Below, in pieces: positions 57,112-64,000 of a stretch of 64,000 nucleotides of DNA. The position numbers were made by a program, and so were the translations under genes. Each line of letters starts with the position of its first letter. Position 1 is the first letter of the stretch. Source of the stretch: an uncultured Verrucomicrobiae bacterium (GTDB lineage Bacteria; Verrucomicrobiota; Verrucomicrobiia; Chthoniobacterales; UBA10450). Under the pieces are notes generated by a model. That model worked only from the letters and a program-made list of their open reading frames with translations, was not told where the DNA came from and did no database searches. The stretch is taken from the NCBI GenBank assembly GCA_963788855.1, contig CAWBIE010000001.1, positions 89,437 to 153,436 of the forward strand, given 5' to 3'.

Positions 57112-57485
57112 ATTCCGTAATATCTCTTCAAGTTCGAGAGACGGGCAGTTGTGGCAGAACTGCGCGTGGTGAGCGGTTGCGCGATTGCGTCTGATCCCGG
57201 AGCTGCCCCGGTGACCCGCTTTTTCGTCGGATTATGGCATCGTGAGTTAAAGATTGTCTACGACGCTGCACTAGTCAGTTTCCCGGATGGCTGTGGCTTC
57301 ATGGCCATTGACGTTACCCGTGTGTCACTCTCGGCAGTTTCGTTCCAAATCTCCGGATCTGACACGCGTTTCAGGCTGTGCCGTTGAACGCGGGGGAATC
57401 ATAGCCTTTAAGGTCGTGGCCCGCTTGAGAGTCGTCTGAAAGGAATTCTGCTGGCAAGTTCCCGCGGAATGAATCTCTTCATGTC

Positions 57486-58525
57486 GTGAAGTCGCGGATC
57501 GTTCGGGAGATTGAAAACATTCGGGTCGGCAGAACCAACATCGACCGTCGGCAATTGGTGATAAGCCGGATCATGACGATATTGGTCGGAACTTTAACGG
57601 CGATCGGTCAGTTTGCCTACTCGTCGTTATGGGGACGACGGCAAGCACGATTCATTCGGCAGCTTTTGTCCCACGCTCCCTCGACCCCGAAAGGCCGCGT
57701 GATTGCTTCGTTTTCAACCTTGCCGGATCGAATCAATAATCTCGAGCCAACACTTCGTTCTCTCCTTGAGCAAACACGGCCGCCGGATGAAATCGTCCTG
57801 GCCGTCCCCCAGTTTTCGATCCGTCAACAAAAAAGAGTACGTCGTCCCTAACTATCTCGAGCAAATTCCGCGTCTCCGCATTTTGCGCTGCTCAAACGGA
57901 CTGGGGACCGGCGACGAAATTCATTCCAGTTATTCAAGAGGAGCTGGCCGCCGGTCGCGGTGACACGTTGATTATGGTCCTGGATGACGACCGAGTCTAC
58001 CCGCGGGATGCACTCGAAACGTATCTGCACTACCACGCACGATTGCCGGAGGCCGCGCTTTGTTTTCGCGGTGCACTGATGCCCGACAATTTCGTTTGGT
58101 TTTTACCCAAACTGTTTCCTGCCAACCAAATTCGCGAGCCGAGACGTGTGGCCGTGATCACGGGTACCGCAAGTTATCTTATCCAACCGCGCTTCTTCGA
58201 CTCTGCGCTCTGGGATTACTCCACTTCGCCAGCGAGCGCGTTTTACGTCGACGACATCTGGATTAGCGGTTGCCTGGATCGGCGTGGCATCGAAAAATAT
58301 GTCGTGCCCGCATCCGCCATGATGCGAACCGTCCGAAAGCAATGGGGCACGATGACCCTGTACGATGTGCCAAAGGGCTCCGTGCGGAGCAATACCGAGG
58401 CGATCAAGTTTTTTCGCGATACATGGAATATTTTCTCGTGGCCGTTTGGTCTTGATTATCGACTGCGCGCTCTTCTTCTAGTGTGGCCGGGAACATGGCG
58501 CGCGCGACGAAATAAGCTTTTATAG
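57486..58525 (+). pseudogene. GT-A fold glycosyltransferase (DxD type); two frameshifts as given
   Basis: VIASFSTLPDRINNLEPTLRSLLEQTRPPDEIVLAVP / KEYVVPNYLEQIPRLRILRCSN / DWGPATKFIPVIQEE...LIMVLDDDRVYP...YVDDIWISGC is read across ORFs 57486, 57703 and 57968, with shifts near 57830 (A6 run) and 57898. Confidence 0.6.
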
Positions 58526-59323
58526 TCCGTAGTATTGCTTAAGGCCCCAGATGCGCACTCGCTGCGGGAGTAACCGGAAGATAACGGGCGCGAATTTGGA
58601 TTGGAATCTATCGCCGACTGTCAGGCGCGGCGAGGGATTGACCTGATCGATTAACGCGCAGACGCGTTGGGCAACGAGGTCAGGCCTTGGTGCCCCCTTC
58701 ATGTTGCGTTCGACTGCAGCCCAAACTCTCGCCACCTTAGCGTCATATCGCGGATCTTTTGACGAGCCTTTGCTAATGGCGTCATTAAAGGAGGTGTTAA
58801 TATCCGCCGGTTGCAGGTCGACAATGCGCACGCCTGTATTAGGCAACTCGAGCTGGATCGACATGGTGAAGACCGCCATGGCTGCCTTTGCCGAGTTGTA
58901 GGCTGCCATGAAGGGTACCGGCAAGCGCGAAGCCAGCGAGGTGACGTTGATGATGAGACCCTGTTCTCGCGATCGCATCGCGTGTAGCGCCAGGCGCATT
59001 AAGTGCAGCTGTCCGAATACCAGGACTTGGAATTGATTTTCGATTTCTTCGTCGGAGAGATTTTCCGCTGGTCCAAAATGGCCGCTGCCACCGTTGTTAA
59101 TCAAGACATCGAAGTGGTCAGCTTCTGCGAGCGCGGCGTTGAACGCGTGGTCGATCAAAGCGGCATCGCCGAGATCAAGTCGCACCGGGTGTAGTCGATC
59201 CAACTTTGCCATTCGGCTCGGATCGCGCGATGTTCCCCAGACTTCATCCCCACGGCCGGTTAGCGATCTTGCGATGGCAAGGCCAATGCCGGAACTCGCG
59301 CCAGTGAGAAAAATTCGCTTCAT
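58520..59323 (-). CDS. Short-chain dehydrogenase/reductase (SDR)
   Basis: IFLTGASSGIGLAIA (TGxxxGxG), LINNGG, and the catalytic YNSAKAA (YxxxK). 4-nt overlap with the upstream GT-C-like gene. Confidence 0.85.
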   Translation of the reverse strand: MKRIFLTGASSGIGLAIARSLTGRGDEVWGTSRDPSRMAKLDRLHPVRLDLGDAALIDHAFNAALAEADHFDVLINNGGSGHFGPAENLSDEEIENQFQVLVFGQLHLMRLALHAMRSREQGLIINVTSLASRLPVPFMAAYNSAKAAMAVFTMSIQLELPNTGVRIVDLQPADINTSFNDAISKGSSKDPRYDAKVARVWAAVERNMKGAPRPDLVAQRVCALIDQVNPSPRLTVGDRFQSKFAPVIFRLLPQRVRIWGLKQYYGL

Positions 59324-60819
59324 GAGGTCTGTCCACGATCAATCAAGAACAATCGTAAGAAGTGGTGCTTCACATAGATGACGGGCGAACGGCTGAAGTC
59401 CGCCAAGGGCAAGCGGCGCCAGCCCTCGGGCAAGCGGAAATTTTCATCGTCCGTATAGACCGCGGCGGCGCCTTTTGTCATCTCCCGCAATATATCAGGC
59501 GGCGGGATATGAAGAATGGTGATGAACTCCGGAGCATACCACTCAGCGTGACGCCCAGTGTGGGGGAAGAGGAGTGCGACGTGGCTCCGGGCCGAGCTCG
59601 GATAAAGTCTTTCGAGATACCGAACCAATCGGATAGGAGGCGCCTCCTCGCGATGATTAGTGATTGCTAGGGGGATCGTTATGAAAAGGAGCAAGGCTGG
59701 CAGGGCCAGCGTGCTCCAATCCCAGGGTGCCGGCAGGCGCAAGAACCCGCGCAGCAATGCGATCAGAATAAGAGGAAAAATAATGAGGTAATATCGCTCG
59801 GCGCCATCGAGACAGATGAAAATGGTCGCGAAGTGCAGCAATGCCCAAGGCGCGTGAAAGCTCCAGAAGAGCCGGTCTTCGGCTTCCCGAGGCCGAGATA
59901 AGTAAGCGGCCAATCCGAAAATCACCATCACTGTCCCGACTGCGAGAGCAATCGGCGATTGAAGAAAACCGAAGCCGAGAGCAAACCAAAAAAGAGTATG
60001 TTCACCGAGGCGCATGGCGAGATAATGCAGGCTCCAATCGCCCGCGCCGATGTAAACGTGCGGTTTATCCAACCGCCATTGCCATTGTCCATAAAGGAGT
60101 TTTGGATAGACCAGCCATGCTGGAGCCGACGGTCTGAGGCGCGCTTGCAGATACCACATCGGCACAAGCCAGAGCAGGCATGCCGCGAGCAACGTGCTGA
60201 GGCTAGAGAGCCACGCCTTCCAGGGCGATGACCTTTGCCTCAACGCCGTGACAAGAATGACAGCGACAACGAGAATCAGTTGCGGGCGCGTTCCGGCAGC
60301 CGCGGCGCCAAGCAGAGATGCGGCCAGCAAAGCCCGCCGGCGTCCACTCCGCAAAAAGCAAAGCGCCGCGAAAATTTCGGCGCTGAGAAATCCGGTGGCG
60401 AGACTATCGCTGAGGACTTTTGTGGCCGTCATCCACACGGCGGGTGTGATGGTAAGACAGACGGCTATCCAGCAGGCGAGTCGCTCATTGAATTGCAACC
60501 GGATAATAAGAAACCACATGGCGACAAAAAGCGCGCCGCCGAGGCTGGAAACGAGGTGGAGAGAATCCTCCGGGCTGGCGCCAAATTCGTGGCCGATCCA
60601 ACCGAAAAAGATAAACAATGGATATCCGGGGGGGTGCGGTTGGTGTTCCCAAATATTGAAATTGCGAACCCCCATCGCGAACTGCACCGAATCGTATTCA
60701 TCGAGTCCCGGAGAACGTGAGATAAAATAGAGGGAGAAAGCGATGACAAAAATCAGCGCGGTCTTCAGCGAGGCGCGCGAATCAAGCCAATCCGGCGCGG
60801 TCATTTTCACTTTCAGCAT
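59320..60819 (-). CDS. DUF2723-like/GT-C polytopic membrane glycosyltransferase
   Basis: Intact 499-aa ORF. First loop SPGLDEYDSVQFAMGVRNFNIWEHQPHPPGYPLFIFFGWIG resembles the HPPGYPL signature also seen in 40220-42046. About 11 TM helices. Confidence 0.55.
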   Translation of the reverse strand: MLKVKMTAPDWLDSRASLKTALIFVIAFSLYFISRSPGLDEYDSVQFAMGVRNFNIWEHQPHPPGYPLFIFFGWIGHEFGASPEDSLHLVSSLGGALFVAMWFLIIRLQFNERLACWIAVCLTITPAVWMTATKVLSDSLATGFLSAEIFAALCFLRSGRRRALLAASLLGAAAAGTRPQLILVVAVILVTALRQRSSPWKAWLSSLSTLLAACLLWLVPMWYLQARLRPSAPAWLVYPKLLYGQWQWRLDKPHVYIGAGDWSLHYLAMRLGEHTLFWFALGFGFLQSPIALAVGTVMVIFGLAAYLSRPREAEDRLFWSFHAPWALLHFATIFICLDGAERYYLIIFPLILIALLRGFLRLPAPWDWSTLALPALLLFITIPLAITNHREEAPPIRLVRYLERLYPSSARSHVALLFPHTGRHAEWYAPEFITILHIPPPDILREMTKGAAAVYTDDENFRLPEGWRRLPLADFSRSPVIYVKHHFLRLFLIDRGQTS

Positions 60820-60957
60820 GAGTTTGATTTTCCGGTGGCTAATAGTGCTACGACGGAGACACGATCATTACTCAATTGGCATGGTTCCACAAAGCCTGAC
60901 TTTGACCATAAGCCTCGCATCGTGCAGTTCCGCTGGAATGCGCTATAATCGGCTTCC

Positions 60958-62343
60958 TTGATTTCGATTTTACGTCGCTGGCTCAGTCTAACCTTAAGCC
61001 GTAGTGCGCCGCAAGATCTCGGTGAGCGCCGGGCACGTGGTATTTTTCAAGGGACCGCCTTTGGAATCGTGGCGCGTGTCCTGAACGTTCTGGTAACGAT
61101 CGTCTCGGTTCCCCTGACTATTGGCTACCTGGGAGCCGAGCGCTACGGCGCGTGGATCACTATCGTCGGTCTGCTCGCCTTTCTCGGTTTCACGGACTTC
61201 GGTCTGGCCCAGAGCCTCACGAACGCTTTGGCCAGGGCGGATGCGGAAGACGCACGCCATGTCGGTCAACGTTACGTCTCATCAGCCTTCTTCGTACTTT
61301 CGTTGATCGCGTTGTTTGTTCTTGCTCTGGGCACGACTCTTTCGCCGCGCATTGCCAATCTTTTGTTTCCGCAAGTTCAGTCGCCGGCTGCGCGCGCCGA
61401 GATTGTCATCGCTATCGGGGCTGCGCTCGCCATTTTCGCGCTGAACATTCCTTTCCTCATTACCGAGCGGGTATTGGCTGCTCACCAAGAAACTGCTTTT
61501 GGCTATCTTTGGCAGATTGCGGGAAGCGTGGCCAATCTGGTCGCACTGCTCACCGTCATCTGGCTTCGGGGCGGACTTTTCTGGTTGGTGCTAAGCTGCT
61601 TCGGCTTACGCCTGATTACCGGCCTAACGAGTGCGATTTGGTTGTTTACCATTCGGAAGCCTTGGTTGCGGCCAAAATTTTCCGGCATCGATTTGACCGC
61701 TGCCAAGAGCCTTCTTTCTGACGGTTGGAAGTTCTTCGTGATTAACATCGGGTGGATGGTCAACTCGCAAACGGACAACATGGTTATCGCACATTATCTG
61801 GGCCCAGCTCAGGTCACTCCCTATGCGGTTACGTTTGGCTTGTTTATGGCGGCGACCCTGTTGCAGACGGTCGCGTACCCTTCGCTCTGGCCCGCTTACA
61901 CGGATGCTTTCGCGCGACGCGATTACAGTTGGATTAGGCAGACCATGCGTTCAAATTTCATGTTCAGCCTTTTTACGACTTCTTTGGTTGTGAGTGTGCT
62001 GACAATTTTCGGATCTCAGATCATTCGACTGTGGGCCGGCAATCTCGCGGTGCCCCCGTTTTCGGTCATTATCTGGATGGCGATCTGGCGGCTCATGCTA
62101 TCGACGCTTTTGGTCGGCAGTTGTCTGCTCAACGCTACCGGTCATCTCAAAGGCATGACAATCTACGGCACGATGACCGCGGTCTTGAACCTTATCTTTT
62201 CAATTCTGCTTGTCAGGACCTACGGCATCGCCGGGGTCATCGCCGGAACCGTTATCGCCTTTGCCATCGCCAACTACATTCCAACATTTTTGGAAGTACG
62301 AAGTGTGTTGCGAAAAATTTCCTCGGCGCCAGCAACAGCATAA
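60958..62343 (+). CDS. Wzx-like oligosaccharide/lipid-linked glycan flippase (MOP superfamily)
   Basis: Intact 461-aa ORF with ~12-14 TM helices and the usual polysaccharide-flippase layout (N-terminal basic stretch, GYLGAERYGAW, repeated 6-TM halves). Confidence 0.65.
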   Translation: MISILRRWLSLTLSRSAPQDLGERRARGIFQGTAFGIVARVLNVLVTIVSVPLTIGYLGAERYGAWITIVGLLAFLGFTDFGLAQSLTNALARADAEDARHVGQRYVSSAFFVLSLIALFVLALGTTLSPRIANLLFPQVQSPAARAEIVIAIGAALAIFALNIPFLITERVLAAHQETAFGYLWQIAGSVANLVALLTVIWLRGGLFWLVLSCFGLRLITGLTSAIWLFTIRKPWLRPKFSGIDLTAAKSLLSDGWKFFVINIGWMVNSQTDNMVIAHYLGPAQVTPYAVTFGLFMAATLLQTVAYPSLWPAYTDAFARRDYSWIRQTMRSNFMFSLFTTSLVVSVLTIFGSQIIRLWAGNLAVPPFSVIIWMAIWRLMLSTLLVGSCLLNATGHLKGMTIYGTMTAVLNLIFSILLVRTYGIAGVIAGTVIAFAIANYIPTFLEVRSVLRKISSAPATA

Positions 62344-62377
62344 GTGTTATTCCATCGAAATGTGGCACGGGGGTTGA

Positions 62378-63544
62378 CTATTTCACCGATTGCGATGCCG
62401 GCAACCACGTTGCGATCTCGCGATAAATGGAAACTGTCTCGATAGCCATTCTTTTCCAATCGAACATGGCGGCGCGCTGAATTCCCCGTGCCGAAAGCGA
62501 TTGCCGGAGATCGGCGTCGGCTACGACGCGACGCATGGCTTGGGCTATTCCATTCTCGTCCTGTGGTGCAAACGAGAGGGCGGCGTCTCCCACGACCTCG
62601 GGCAAAGATGTGACATTAGAGCAGATGACAGGGCAACCGCAGGCCATGGCTTCGAGCACGGGAAGGCCAAAGCCTTCGTACAGTGATGGGAAAACAAGCG
62701 CCTCGGCTCGATTATAGAGCGCAATAAGTTCCTCGGTCCTGACTTCGGCCCGGACATTTATTCGCTCCTCAAGTTGCGAGTGTCGAAGAGCCTGTCGAAG
62801 CTCTCGCGGAAGTGTCCGGGCCCGCTCGATGACGAGCAGATGAATGCCATCCGACACTCGGAAGGCCTTTGCGAAGGCGGACACGGCGCCAACGTGATTC
62901 TTGTTCTGGGAACCGCCGCCCAGGACGAGGAAGAAACGTTGGCCTGGAGGAACAACTGACGAACTGACTCGTTCGGCACAAGCTTTCTCCATCGGGCGGA
63001 ACGCCGGCGATTTGCCGAGGAGTGTCACACGGAGTCGCGAGGCGCAGGAAGAGTCCAGCCGGAGGATGTCATCCGCGCTATAATGGCTGACCGCAACTAT
63101 CCGGTCAGCCCGACGGATGGCGTCGCGGATGGCGAGCGACCAGTACTTCTTAATCATGCTTCGCACCAGCGGGTGGGGAAAAACGAGTTCGGGACAGACG
63201 ATGTACATAACATCGTGCATGGTGATGACACTCTTCGCATCGAGCCCTTTGGGGAGGATCCGGTATGGAGCGTGAAAGAGGTCGTGGCGGTCGAGCCGCG
63301 CCTTGAGCCAGCGCCCCAGGCGGAAATAAGACCAGGGGCTATTCGGTTCCCCACCGAGGATCCACTCCGTGACGTTGGGCGCACACGAAAGTGGCACCGA
63401 CTTGGCGGAATGCCGGATAAGGATAATGGGCACGTCGGGCAAAAGCGATGGCAGGTGTTCGATGAGCGCCTCGGTGTACGAAACCACGCCGCCCGGCGCA
63501 CCGCGCAGGTAGCGCGCGTCTAAAATGACACGACCCCGATTCAT
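62378..63544 (-). CDS. GT4 family (GT-B fold) glycosyltransferase
   Basis: C-terminal EX7E region ALVFPSLYEGFGLPVLEAMACGCPVICSNVTSLPEVVGDAA. Intact 388-aa ORF. Confidence 0.85.
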   Translation of the reverse strand: MNRGRVILDARYLRGAPGGVVSYTEALIEHLPSLLPDVPIILIRHSAKSVPLSCAPNVTEWILGGEPNSPWSYFRLGRWLKARLDRHDLFHAPYRILPKGLDAKSVITMHDVMYIVCPELVFPHPLVRSMIKKYWSLAIRDAIRRADRIVAVSHYSADDILRLDSSCASRLRVTLLGKSPAFRPMEKACAERVSSSVVPPGQRFFLVLGGGSQNKNHVGAVSAFAKAFRVSDGIHLLVIERARTLPRELRQALRHSQLEERINVRAEVRTEELIALYNRAEALVFPSLYEGFGLPVLEAMACGCPVICSNVTSLPEVVGDAALSFAPQDENGIAQAMRRVVADADLRQSLSARGIQRAAMFDWKRMAIETVSIYREIATWLPASQSVK

Positions 63545-63574
63545 CGTGACGATCGCGCCGGGCGGCGCTCGATT

Positions 63575-63589
63575 AAAAAAAACCCCCCC
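63575..63589. repeat. Homopolymer junction A8C7 in the divergent promoter region between two glycosyltransferase genes
   Basis: gatt AAAAAAAA CCCCCCC tcg, 31 nt upstream of the GT4 start (63544) and ~92 nt upstream of ATG 63681. Confidence 0.9.
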
Positions 63590-63680
63590 TCGATATTCCG
63601 CTCCGAAAAAATATGATAGGTTGTATTTGGGAACATGCCCTTCTGAAAAGTTCCCGGTCGGTCTTCCGACGTTGGTTCAA

Positions 63681-64000
63681 ATGATTTATCTTGAAGTAAC
63701 AACTTCGTCCAAATCCGTAAGAAACACAGGAATTCAGCGGATCACGCGAAAGATTTTTCAAGAGTTGGCCGCACGCGTTTCGGTTATACCGGTCTCGTGG
63801 AATAAAATCAACCGGCGCTTTCAACTTCTCTCTCCCACGGAGCTGGCCACGCTCGAGACGCCATTTCGCGTTCAATCGCGTCCCACAACCCATCCCGAGC
63901 TCAAGGGAGAGAGTCTACTGGCCGACGCTTATCGCCTGGTTTTTGGCAAAACGTTACGTCTCGAAGACGAGATGAGACCGGGTGACGTTTTTTTGATGCC
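63681..64000 (+). CDS. Glycosyltransferase (GT-B type, N-terminal part); runs off the window
   Basis: Open frame from ATG 63681 to the window end: MIYLEVTTSSKSVRNTGIQRITRKIFQELAARVSVIPVSWN... The TGIQR(V/I)TR start is typical of GT4-like mannosyl/glucosyltransferases. Not in the ORF track because it is open-ended. Confidence 0.5.
   Translation, partial: MIYLEVTTSSKSVRNTGIQRITRKIFQELAARVSVIPVSWNKINRRFQLLSPTELATLETPFRVQSRPTTHPELKGESLLADAYRLVFGKTLRLEDEMRPGDVFLM

Noticed and set aside
57151-57387. 78-aa ORF in the divergent region between the cytidylyltransferase and the GT-A gene (an ACP might be expected near an SPT)
   Set aside because: It has no DSL/phosphopantetheine-attachment motif, no helical ACP pattern and no RBS-like context. 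It is probably non-coding promoter space.
1-64000. Search for CRISPR arrays, rRNA genes, transposases, integrases, toxin-antitoxin pairs, restriction-modification or other known defence systems
   Set aside because: I could recognise none by eye on either strand. The only tandem or inverted repeats present are the short 7-8-nt-unit elements and REP-like palindromes listed above, which lack CRISPR-like spacer/repeat regularity.

Overview
GC-rich chromosomal segment of a Gram-negative bacterium, possibly a soil Verrucomicrobiota-like organism. That guess rests on PEP-CTERM proteins, DUF2723 glycosyltransferases, long-form IspG and a Rho with an R/N-rich N-terminal extension, and cannot be verified here. 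Order of features: (1) a partial clade-II nos cluster (nosD, NosB-like, nosZ), heavily frameshifted; (2) kbl and tdh; (3) the cdsA-dxr-rseP-ispG operon; (4) a 1239-aa subtilase followed by two tandem PEP-CTERM paralogues; (5) typA, yebC and rho, all frameshifted as given; (6) DUF4112, glnE, rhomboid, lipid kinase, AsmA-like, rsmD, waaA; (7) tRNA-Glu; (8) a ~7.9-kb accessory islet ending in a copy of the tRNA 3' end, carrying a broken cyclase/TPR gene, a cysteine phytase, a sulfatase, an amidase and an OMP; (9) envelope glycosyltransferases and an M13 peptidase; (10) an ~18-kb lipid/glycan locus (46-64 kb). The most interesting content is in that last locus. A serine-palmitoyltransferase-like synthase sits beside a DEGS1-like desaturase fused to an FA2H-like hydroxylase, two CDP-alcohol phosphotransferases, a cytidylyltransferase, a GNAT-like protein, an SDR, a PIG-L deacetylase, GT4/GT-A/GT-C glycosyltransferases and a flippase. 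I read this as a candidate eukaryote-style phospho(glyco)sphingolipid pathway. Second theme: short hairpin or tandem elements built from 7-8-nt units lie in frame inside dxr, ispG and rsmD. Third theme: single-base frameshifts cluster in blocks that include essential genes, so sequence error is more likely than real gene decay. I saw no rRNA, CRISPR array, transposase, integrase or recognisable defence system.
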